A stretch of DNA of 64,000 bases from Antedon mediterranea (Eukaryota; Animalia; Echinodermata). Shown one piece after another: positions 27,001 through 39,700 of the stretch (position 1 is the stretch's first letter; every line of letters begins with the position of its first letter). The stretch is from the NCBI RefSeq assembly GCF_964355755.1, contig NC_092672.1:35346437-35410436 (forward strand), written 5' to 3'. Below the pieces are notes generated by a model. That model made no database searches. It had not been told where the DNA came from and saw only the letters and a program-made list of their open reading frames with translations. A program made the translations under genes and the position numbers.

Positions 27001-30000
27001 TTATTTTACCTTTTCAAACACACTTGAGTTGATTCAATTGACATAGATTGATAAAGACCTGTTGTCTCCTTGAATACAGGGCAGTGGATACACAATATAA
27101 TTAGGTTGAGTAATGTAATTAGTTTATTTTGTAAATGCCTCTGTCCAGCTAAGGTCTTGATCCTATACGACAGGAACTTGCCTCATCAACCACTGATTCG
27201 ATGATTTAACGATATCCACTCAAGGGCTTCTTTGTCATCGTTTGTATATCCATAATGCAAATTGACAAAAATGAGTATTTAATAGTCAATAGTAAATATA
27301 TATTACTATATTATAGTACTATATGCCCAGTATTATTGAATAATATTAATAAACCTGGGTTCTAGCTGAATCGGAGAGAGGTCAACAGCGTACATTCGAA
27401 AACTACAAAATGACCTTTGATTTAATAATTTATCTTTATTTTAAGAAGAATTTTTAAGTTAGTAATTAAATATAAACATCTATATATTTATAACATCTAA
27501 ACAAATATAAATCTTTACAAATATCTTTCTTTCCACATACAGCATATTATATTTCTATTTAAATGTAACTGTACAATTATACACTGTAGATTGGTGTATA
27601 AAACCTCCAGGAATTTGACTTTGTCTGTGTACTGAAATTCTGTACAAAACAATACAATCTGATAGCATTATGTAGAACTTAGAAGATAATTTGTAAACTG
27701 ATAAACTGATAAAAATACTTTTATTGCAACTTTTGGGTTGAATTTTACAAAAATATATACTAAGACTTAAATGAAAAAATATATCAAATCCATCAACGAT
27801 ATAAATCAAAAAACACAAAAACATCGAACAACAGACAAAATGAAGTCAAGTCAGGGAACGAAGCGACTGTGCAGGGATATATAAGTATGCTTACCACTTG
27901 TGAAAGAGACCTAAGTTTACAATAAAATTTTTTGATCGTTCCGTTTTTATTTTTGGAATGCAAAATTCTTTAACTTGTCTTAAATTGTATCTAGATTTAG
28001 GCGCTTTTGGAAGAAGGTGATGAAGTCTATGGGAAGGGTTTTTAAGTTTCTGATAGTAATCCTTGCACAGTCTAGTTCGACGTTCACATAGCACAGGCAC
28101 ATTACATTGAGCCATTGCTTTGTTGTAACTGAGCTCTGGGAACGTGATTCTAAGCGCCCTTCGTTGGATACTTTCCAGTTGGTCAGACTGCAATTTAGTT
28201 AAGCACGTTCCCCAAACGGGGACGGCGTATTCTAGTACAGGTCTGATAACACAACAATAGAAATAGCATAAGGCTTGGGCGTCTAGACCGGACCGGCGCA
28301 ATTGTTTAAGGAAATATAACCGTGAGTTTGATTTAGCTATCAAAGAATCAATATGGGGTTGCCATGATAAATTGTCACATATAATAATTCCAAGGAGCTT
28401 AGTACGGCAAACCTGGTTAACACTACATTTATTAATAATTAGAGGATTAAATATCGACTTGTTTTTCTTACAACTCACAATTAATTCACATGTTTTTTTA
28501 GCATTGAGGGTCATATGGTTAAGCCGAGTCCATGCAAGGGCCGAGTTAGCTATATTTTGCAAGTTACTATTGGACAGTTTAGACACCCTTTCGAAAACAG
28601 TAGTATCATCCATAAATTTAACACATGGTTTACCATTTAAAAGGTCATTGATAAAAATAATAAACATAATAGGGCCAATCCACGACCCCTGGGGTATGCC
28701 TCCGTTTGGCGATAGCCATTCAGAAAGACTATCACCAATTTTAACACGTTGTTGTCGGTTATACAGGAAGGCATTAACCCATCGGATCAGGTGACTATCA
28801 ACCCCCAGCGCAATGAGTTTGTTTAAGAGAATTTTGTGGTCGATCAAATCGTAGGCCTTTTTAAAATCCAATAATAAAACTCTAACCTCTTCGCCCGCAT
28901 CAGTGGCAAGGAAACAAACATTAAGGAATTCAATTAAGGCGTCAACCGTAGAAACACCTTTACAACAACCAAATTGGTTTAGGTTAATCTTATCCTTAAC
29001 TTGGTGCCAGATCATTTCACCCACTAGGCTCTCAATTTGTAGCATTGTAATATTAATAGGTTGTGTTATATAAATCCATAGGATTATATTACAAGATAAA
29101 AAAAACTTTTGGACACATAGCATATTGTGTATAAAATGCAATGTCAGTAATTTCCATCAAGTTGATATTTCTAAGCAGTAGACGAGACGTAAAATCGCTA
29201 TTTCCCAGCATGCAGCACGCAAGCTCTGCCCACTTTCTACGCATGTGTAAATTATTATGATATCGTTTAGTTACGTGCGTCGAGAATCTTATTTCTGAAT
29301 AGTGTCAATAAAAAACGTTAATCGAAGGGTACGAAAGCTCCATATTATGTTTAGAATATTTTTCGTAGCCAGTATAGCCATTGTTTGAAGTATACGTATG
29401 CTGCATAGTTAATGTCATATCATTACTATATTTGGGCATACTACTACCATATTTGGTTACATAACAGACTGTATTTTTTTTATTATTGTTCAGGTGTCAA
29501 GTTCTGAGCTTGTACAAGAGATCCACCAGGTTTTGATGGACCGTGAAGACACCTGCCATCGTACGTGTTTCACCCTACAGCTTGAGGGCGTGATTCTTGA
29601 CAACTTTGCCGAATTGAAGACGGTTGAAGGTCTAAAAGAAGGCAGTGTTTTAAAGGTTGTAGAAGGCAAGTTAAAAAAAAAAGTGTTTCTATTAGTATTA
29701 GTAGACTATTTTTAATTAAAACTAATTATTATTATTAACTGCATTCTAAAGGTAAACAATTAAAGTTTTGTGTATTTCCTTACAGAGCCATATACAGTTC
29801 GTGAAGCACGCATCCATGTGCGCCATGTACGCGACCTTATCAAATCCCTTGATTCGTCGGACGCTTACAATGGTGTAGACTGTCAGTCAATGACCTTCAT
29901 AAATACTATAATTGGCGACGGTAAGTACCTTTCTTCATTTTGCACTTCTTTATTTATTTTGCACTCCTTTTTTTATTTTGCACTCCTTTCTTTATTTCCC

Positions 30001-33000
30001 ACATTCCAAAATCTTTTCATGTAGCCCCCTTGATTTGAACTAAGCATTTTCTGACCAAAGGAATGGCTGCACTGTAGTTTACAGAATTTTGTTTTATATG
30101 TATGTTTATTTTTATGCGTTTCCAGAATCTAGAAAGAACAATAATGTAGATGCCGTAGATTGTACTCCACCATCGTACATAATGCCAAAGAGCAAAGAAC
30201 GCCCTCTAGTACCACTTCTGCCGAGTAAGTTGGAGAACAAAGGACCACCATGTATGAAAATGGTTACAATGTCTGGTTGGAATCCGCCCCCAGGCCCAAG
30301 AAGGCTGCATGGTAAAAAAAACATGTTTATTTCAGTACATCAGCAAAAATAACTAGGATGAAAACTATTGTTAATAATAATAACAACTTTATTCACAATC
30401 TCATTAAATTAAAAGTAAGCATAAATAAGTATTTTTTTAATATTAAATACAAATTACATATACAAAGTTAGTTGAAGTTGTGAATGGGGTTAAGCTGTAA
30501 GCAAGAGATTTAGACGCAAATTCCCTTTAAATGAATACATTTAGATTTAGACACAAAGCCCCTTTAAATGAATACATTTAGATTTAGACACAAAGCCCCT
30601 TTAAATGAATACATTTGAAATACATAAATAAGTAAATAAATAAAATCAATATTTGGGAATTGCTAAATCTGTAGTGATCGTATTCAGTTTATCCAAATCA
30701 TGTTTATTCAGGTTATATGTGATTTAACTGTAATAACTATCAATTTGTTAATGTGTGATTTACTTATTCATTTAGCTGTAATAACTATTAATTTATTAAT
30801 ATGTGAAAGGACAAAGGCCTAAATAACAAAAACCATAACTATTAACAACATTGAAACCAAGCAATAAATCATAATGTTATTATATCACATGAATGTGATT
30901 ATTATCAATGTTAATAAAAAAAAAAACAATATTTGATAAAAAACTAATTTGAATTATGTGTGCACATCACAGATTAATGTTTTGGTAGTATATATATCAT
31001 GATAAATGTTACTATGATTTATATGAATGTTTACATAACATGTCCAATATAGTAATTACATCATGAATGTTGTGGTAAGCATGTGCTGGCACATTGAAAC
31101 ATTCATCACTGAATGATGTTGATGCTCTGTTTTTTTTAATTCACAGGTGACTTGTTGTATCTGTATGTTGTGACGGTGGAAGGCGGAACATACCACATCA
31201 CCGCGTCTACTAGAGGATTTTTTGTTAATCAGTGAGTTTTGCATTTCATTTACTGTTCCGTTTCCGTGTTTTATAATATTTTATTAATGTGCACTTAAGG
31301 AATGCATTAAATAATTCTTAAATGGTCATGGGATTGAATTTAAATAGAAGTCTGTTTGTTGGGTCCTCTTTAATATGGATTTTACTGTATCATGGAGAAA
31401 TATATTTTATTTTATTTCGAAACCCAAACAAACAGCAACAAAAAATTCGCCAATAACAGGAAAGTTAATGAGATGTATACTTAATTGTAAGTAGTATAAA
31501 AATAAAATGTGCATATATGTATATAAGAAGGATGGATATATGCAAGTTTAATATTAAATGCAGAATGTGATGTAGACGCCAGTCAGTTGGAAATGAACAT
31601 ATAAATGGATAATTTATGTACTGTGTGTCCCCGAACATAACTTGATGATCGCTTTCTTAGCTTACTTTTCTTAATGGATTTTTAAATTACATATCTATTG
31701 AGAAAAGTTATTAAATTTATGAAAATACTTTACAAAAATGAATCATCGTTTACTGAAATTTAAACTTCAAACTATAAATATAAATTTTAATATATTTGTG
31801 TTTATTATTAAATACAGTTTAAGCTAAACAAACATTTATCTGTCCCATATATCTCCTCATAAGTTAAGGAAAAGGTGTGTCCCTTGGTGTGGTGTCTTTT
31901 GAATAAGTGTGTCCCCCTGAATAGGTGTGTCCCCCTAAATAGGTGTGTCCCCCTAAAGGTGTGTTCCCTGAATAGGTTTGTTCCCTAAATAAGTGTCCCC
32001 CTGAATAGGTGTGTCCCCCTGAATAGGTGTGTCCCTTTGAATAGGTGTGTCCCTTTGAATAGGTGTGTCCCTTTGAATAGGTGTGTCCCTTTGAATAGGT
32101 GTGTCCCCCTGAATAGGTGTGTCCCCCTGAATAGGTGTGTCCCCCTGAATAGGTGTGTCTCTCCTGAATAGGGGTGTCTCTCCTGAATAGGGGTGTCTCT
32201 CCTGAATAGGGGTGTCTCTCCTGAATAGGATTGTCTCTCCTGAATAGGGGTGTCTCTCCTGAATAGGGGTGTCTCCCCTGAATAGGAGTGTCTCCCCTGA
32301 ATAGGATTGTCTCCCCTGAATAGGATTGTCTCCCCTGAATAGGATTGTCTCCCCTGAATAGGATTGTCTCCCCTGAATAGGATTGTCTCCCCTGAATAGG
32401 ATTGTCTCCCCTGAATAGGAGTGTTCCCTGAATAGGTGGTATTCTCTGAATAGGTGGTATTCTATTCACTGTATGTGAAAATGATATAGGACAGACTTTT
32501 TGCATTAGCAATTTGATGCGGAATAACATGATGCTGTCTCACGTTGAATGTATTAATTCTATGTATAACTGTGTAATGATATATGTAGAGAAGCCTGTTA
32601 TTACTACCTTATAGTAACTTAACATCCTCCTCCACATGTCCATGTAAAACGAGACACTTATCTTATGGGATTCCTAACAGTGTAAATCACATTAATTAAT
32701 ACGTCTGTTAGCGCATTTATTATAATAATTAATCTGGGGTTTTTTTCAGATCAACATTGGATGTTTTTAACTCAAAAGCCAGTGAACCAAAACACTTAAG
32801 CCATTCTCTTGTAGAACTTCTCAACAAACTTAGCCCGACATTCAGGAAGAACTTCTCCCAACTACTTAAGAAAAGGTAATAACATTTTTTTATATTTTAT
32901 GTTTACAATTAAATGAATTGAATAAATGACCCAGTAAAATGAGGAAAAATAATTATGTATTGCAGTGCCTGCTAAAAAAAATTGACTGGTGGCATCAACA

Positions 33001-36000
33001 ACTTAACATTACTCGCAACATAGACCTGGAAGTGTATAGTTTACACAGATACACTTTGTTGGGACCTAACAAAGTGTCTCCTTAATATGGGTATGTCTCC
33101 TGAAAATGTGTTGGCCATGGTGTTGCAAAAAATGACCGGGGTAATAATGTTCAGCGCTTGGAGGTTTCACATTAGGCGCTATATAATTCCCCTGAATAGG
33201 AGTATCCCCTAAAAAGGGGTATCCCCTAAAAAGGGGTATCCCCTGAAAAGAGGGGTGTCCACTGAAAATAGGGGTGTCCACTGAAAAGAGGGGTGTCCAC
33301 TGAAAAGAGGGGTGTCCACTGAAAAGAGGGGTGTCCACTGAATAGGAGTATCCCCTGAATAGGAGTGTCCCCTGAATAGGAGTGTCCCCTGAATAGGAGT
33401 GTCCACTGAATAGGAGTGTCCACTGAATAGGAGTGTCCACTGAATAGGAGTGTCCACTGAATAGGAGTGTCCACTGAATAGGAGTGTCCACTGAATAGGA
33501 ATGTCCACTGAATAGGAATGTCCACTGAATAGGAATGTCCACTGAATAGGAATGTCCACTGAATAGGAATGTCCACTGAATAGGAGTATCCACTGAATAG
33601 GAGTATCCACTGAAATAGGAGTATCCACTGAAATAGGGTGTCCACTGAATAGGAGTATCTTCTGAAAAGAGGGGTGTCCCCTGAATAGGAGTATCCACTG
33701 AAATAGGAGTATCCACTGAAATAGGAGTATCCACTGAAATAGGGTATCCACTGAAATAGGGTGTCAACTGAATAGGATCGGTATCCCCTGAAAAGAGGGG
33801 TGTCCACTGAAAAGAGGGGTGTCCACTGAAAAGAGGGGTGTCCACTGAAAAGAGGGGTGTCCACTGAATAGGAGTGTCCCCTGAATAGGAGTGTCCACTG
33901 AATAGGAGTGTCCACTGAACAGGAGTGTCCACTGAACAGGAGTGTCCACTGAACAGGAGTGTCCACTGAACAGGAGTGTCCACTGAATAGGAGTGTCCAC
34001 TGAATAGGAGTGTCCACTGAATAGGAGTGTCCACTGAATAGGAGTGTCCACTGAATAGGAGTGTCCACTGAATAGGAGTGTCCACTGAATAGGAGTGTCC
34101 ACTGAATAGGAGTGTCCACTGAATAGGAGTGTCCACTGAATAGGAGTGTCCACTGAATAGGAGTGTCCACTGAATAGGAGTGTCCACTGAATAGGAGTGT
34201 CCACTGAATAGGAGTGTCCACTGAATAGGAGTGTCCACTGAATAGGAGTGTCCACTGAATAGGAGTGTCCACTGAATAGGAGTGTCCACTGAATAGGAGT
34301 GTCCACTGAATAGGAGTGTCCACTGAATAGGAGTGTCCACTGAATAGGAGTGTCCACTGAATAGGAGTGTCCACTGAATAGGAGTGTCCACTGAATAGGA
34401 GTGTCCACTGAATAGGAGTGTCCACTGAATAGGAGTGTCCACTGAATAGGAGTGTCCACTGAATAGGAGTGTCCACTGAATAGGAGTGTCCACTGAATAG
34501 GAGTGTCCACTGAATAGGAGTGTCCACTGAATAGGAGTGTCCACTGAATAGGAGTGTCCACTGAATAGGAGTGTCCACTGAATAGGAGTGTCCACTGAAT
34601 AGGAGTGTCCACTGAATAGGAGTGTCCACTGAATAGGAGTGTCCACTGAATAGGAGTGTCCACTGAATAGGAGTGTCCACTGAATAGGAGTGTCCACTGA
34701 ATAGGAGTGTCCACTGAATAGGAGTGTCCACTGAATAGGAGTATCCACTGAATAGGAGTATCCACTGAATAGGAGTATCCACTGAATAGGAGTATCCACT
34801 GAATAGGAGTATCCACTGAATAGGAGTATCCACTGAATAGGAGTATCCACTGAATAGGAGTATCCACTGAATAGGAGTATCCACTGAATAGGAGTATCCA
34901 CTGAAATAGGGTGTCCACTGAATAGGAGTATCCCCTGAAAAGGGGATCCCCTGGATAGGAGTGTCCTCTGAATAGGGACATTTCATAATTAGGGGTATCC
35001 CCTAAATAAGAGTATCCCAAAAGAATACTGTAAGGTGTTTATATCACCTAACCCGTCATGGTTGGTAGCAACTTCACATCTAGATAGGTACTATCATTAA
35101 ATTGCTTAATTTTCCACTGCAAGAAATGAATTGACAATTTATAGTTGGCAAAGTAGATTAACATATTATTTTATTAGCTGAGAGGTCAGCCAGTTGTTGG
35201 CTCATATCCTTGCAGTACTTGGTGTTGTATAACTTGCTGATGCTCTTGCTTGAATAAACATCTATTGTTTGTCGTATTTATGTACTCTATAATTTACTAT
35301 GGATTACCTAGTCAATGAGACCCACTCATAGATTTTGTTGTGGAAGGTAGTGTAACGCTTATTTGCAGATTATCAAATGTTATATCAGTCAGTCCTGGTT
35401 ATTTACTACTTTGATTAGGTCAAAATAATGATAAATAATTGAACAACATCAATGTTGTAAATTGTATTTATTTACTTATTTAATCACACTGATGATTATA
35501 GGTAAAGTCGAAACCTAAGCTAATGCTAACGGCCGTGGTGCCTATCTCCATTTCTTTAGCGTTTGGGCCAGACTCCACTAAAGTGTGTATGTTTGTGGGG
35601 GGTACGCCACTCCTCCCGCACAAACGAGTCTGATTTACCTTCCCAGTACTTTTTACATACCGGTACCCATTTCTATCACCTGGGTGGGGAGGAACAATGT
35701 GGATAAAAAATCTTGCTCAAGGACTCAACACTGCAGTGACCGAGCCGGGGCTTGAACCGACAACCTCTTGATTGCAAGTCCAATGCTCTAACCACTGCGC
35801 CACAGTGCTCCACTGATGATTATAACATTGTAGTACACCAATGGACAGGGCCTACCTTTATTATTAGATTCATTTTAACCGCAGGATAAATATCTTTTTC
35901 AAAGGAAGTTTATTTTTTTTACGAGTCTCAGAGCAGTTATCATTTAATGTAAATGGAAATATTATAATTAGTGATTTCCTACTACCAGTAAAGATTTGGG

Positions 36001-36715
36001 TCCTACTAACTAGAATATTGGCCAATCGTATGACAGGTTATTTAATGATTCATGGAAATGATGAACCAATCACAGGAAGCAAACTATATCTGTTGAGTAA
36101 TATATGTAACCTTGTTATTAGTCATTTAAAAAAAAAATTAAAATATTTGTTATTTTTCTACTTTGAATTGGGTGGACATTTTGAATGATTTTTAGTAATT
36201 TCAAAATTGTATGGTACTAAATGTATGGCTAATGTTATCTTCAATACTGCTAGCAGGGAAATGTCATTTTGTGTATGTTTATAAAGTTAAAAAGTTAATA
36301 GATTGTATGAGAATGCGGTACAAATTAGTAGTTAGTACTTTCTTAATGGCATCTTCATTTATCTCCATTGGGAACAATTTCCGATTCCTATACATAACTA
36401 AATAGAATACTCGCATATGGTCTTGTTTTAATGTTTTGCAATTTCGTCCGTTTTTTGTTTTCATTTAAATCATTGCAATGTAACAAAATTTTTTTGAATT
36501 TTTCTTATTTTCATATACTTTTTCTGTATTTAAATATAGATTGTATTTATTTTTTAAATATATTTTTGTTAGATTAATATATAAAATAATATGTATCATC
36601 ATCATCATCAACTGAATTGTCATTTCTTATTTTGATACTTGTTTTCTGTATTTAAATATAGATTGTATTTATTTTTAAATATATTTTTGTTAGATCAATA
36701 TGTAAAATAATATGT

Positions 36716-36767
<52 letters not shown>

Positions 36768-39700
36768 ACTGAATTGTCATTTCTTATTTTGATACTTGTT
36801 TTCTGTATTTAAATATAGATTGTATTTATTTTTAAATATATTTTTGTTAGATCAATATGTAAAATAATATGTATCATCATCATCATCAACTGAATTGTCA
36901 TTTCTTATTTTCATATACTTGTTTTCTGTATTATATAGATTGTATTTATTTTTTAGAATACATTTTTAGATCAATATATAGAGTAATATGCATGATCATC
37001 ATCAACTGAATCCTAATGTTTATAGCCTCTTTGTTATTTCATTAACAATGTAATACCCAATCCCATATACACAAAGCATACACAACCACAAAATTCATTC
37101 TATGAATATATGGAAATATCATTAAATACGCGACAACTCAACTTATGCCCCTTTAATAACCACATTTCTGCCTTTCCCACATTACTGAACATTGTTTCCT
37201 GAGCTGTATTGTGTATTCTATGATAATGTCTAATAAGCTATTGTGTTGTGAAGCAATAGAAACCTGTGCCATGGCTGCACGTGTTTCAACTTTTGACCTC
37301 AGCTAACCACATGGCCTCACTACACCATCCAACAGCATATAGTTTGTGTATTTGTGTATTAAATAACCTTGTGAATATACATCCTGTATTTATTTAGCGC
37401 TATTGGAAAATGATCAACGTTTTTTACTTTGCTTTGTTCTTAAAAATGAGGGTACAACTGAATAGAATTCATAAAAGTCTCTTTATTGTTTAAAAAAAAA
37501 TTATTTACGTTTCATTTGAATTTCTAATTTTTTGTTTTTATGAAATTGTACTTGCGCATAAATCTGATTCATGTTGTTTGTATTAATAGAAAACCAAACA
37601 TTCTATTGATTGGCTTATAGGAGGAGTCCGTCATCAACGTGGCTCATTATGCATATAGTTTATTTTTTTATAGTCCATTTGCCTAGACTGTTGATTATTT
37701 GTTGCTTTAATATGTGGTCCTGTTTCTACTGCGAAAAAAAAACGGTTTTTACCTATGTAAATAAATTAACCCCAATTTCTTGGGAGAAGAAACAGGACAA
37801 ATTTTCAAGCCGGAAAATAACGGTTAAAAACACCCAATTAATTCAGTGTTATAACGCCATTTGATTGATTATCGATATGCAACGCAAATAACAGTTATTT
37901 AAATGACCACCAGATCGCATTGCATTTTGGGTAATGTTAGTTAACGACCAACCACAAATTAAATGGTTTATTTTTTAGCAGAAAGATGGTCAGCATAAAC
38001 ATTATTTTTTTTAAATAACCAGTTTAGTAGTAAATATATAATAGCGTTTGACTTAATAGTTCAATGTGTTTTGTGTCTTTTCAGGTTTATTTAGGCTTCC
38101 TTTTCCTGTTGGTTGTTCCAATGACTAACTCATCCTAATAACTAAGCCTGATAATATTATATCTTTATTATATTATATTGAGTCATACTATTTTATTGGT
38201 ATAATTTGCTGAATATGGGGTATCAAATTGAACCGTTGGGCCTTGTGTCGTGTTGGTTTTAATAATGCGCTGTACAAAAATTAAGAAGTATTGCCATTAA
38301 GGGAAAAGAAATATTTAAAATTACCTTAATATATGTTTTTCTAGTTGTCCATTTCAGTTACAATAGTGTATGATTTTTGACATGATTCCACTTAAAATCA
38401 TGATGCTTTATTTGAAACTATAAAATTGTAAGTTTGTAATGTTGTTGCGTCATGAGTTTATTGATTTTTTTTCTATCTATCTTTCATACATAATCAAACA
38501 GAAGCTTTATTTATAGTAGCAGTAGTGCTAAGATAAGGTATCAATACCATATATCATTGTATGTAATAAATTTTGTTACATCATTAATATAAATACATTA
38601 ATAAATTGTTACCTTGAGATAGGTACTTAAGTAGCAATGCTTGTTTGTCTAAAGTCAGCAATTTTAAAATTGTCTTTTTTGAGAATTCTTCAATTCTTTC
38701 TCTAACTTTTTATGCTACCAGGGAAGAGTGACCCTGATGTTTCTTGCTTTCTAAATGTTGTGATTTAATAAAAAAAATGTGATGTGCCCATATATGGACA
38801 TGATGATGTCATATCACTACCATATTTGGGCACATCACTACCATATTTGGGCACATCACACTTTTTTTTGTTAAACTAGTTTGATTGTGTAGACAGAGCT
38901 TTATGGAAAGATGATACATTAATAGTTTGGTTTTTGTTTCATTTAGATCACATCGTCATCCATTTGAGAGAGTTCCTACACCATTCCAAACATTCAGTTG
39001 GCTAGCGCCCTCTACGGAGCACTCGGTTGATACTATTCGTGCTGAAGATGGTGAGTTGTTCAACCGAAACTTTCAAAACAGAAAAGTGTATTATAAAACA
39101 ATGAATTAATTTGAATATTTGTCATTGTTTTTTGCAGCATTTTCTTCAAGACTTGGATATGAGGAACATATACCTGGACAGGTAAAGAAAATATTTGTAT
39201 TTATATTAAAGTACAGTTCTTTTAATGCCTGGATAGACAGAGTCTATCAAAGTCTTCAACTCGGCCTAAAGCTTATTTTAAGCCCTTCCACCCAGAATAA
39301 TTTAAACACAACACATACCTAAGAAATCTCTTGTGTTAACATAAAAAACTACTTGTATCTCTCCTACGCATATAGACTCGAGACTGGAACGAGGAAACCA
39401 TGACAACAAGAGAATTACCCAGAAAGCAGTTGCCAGAGCGTCTACTACGAGAGAGGGCGATATTCAAAGTGCATAGTGATTTCGTGATGGCAGCAACACG
39501 TGGCGCTGTTGCCGTTATCGATGGAAACGTGATGGCAATCAATCCTGGTGAAGAATCTAAGTAAGTCGTTACTTTTGTGCAATTTTAATTCCAAATTTAA
39601 TTGGACCTCCTCTCTTGCAAGTATCGCTAAGAAATTCCAAGCACGAAGTGTAACTTCCTTTTTAGTAAAGGAACATCAAATATTGATTAAAATAATGTAT

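Noticed and set aside
28372-28794. 140-aa plus-strand ORF
   Set aside because: Antisense shadow of the LINE RT.
31864-32529. 221-aa GGHTYS-repeat ORF
   Set aside because: Translation of the 18-19-bp minisatellite, antisense in a CLUH intron.
33066-35020. Long minus-strand ORFs (611, 586, 418 aa) in all three frames
   Set aside because: Artefact of a stop-free 17-bp repeat; the same peptide cycles through all frames.
35735-35810. tRNA gene (GCA anticodon-like loop); similarly 20227-20300
   Set aside because: Head of a SINE with body, tail and TSD; no RNA polymerase III terminator directly after the tRNA part.
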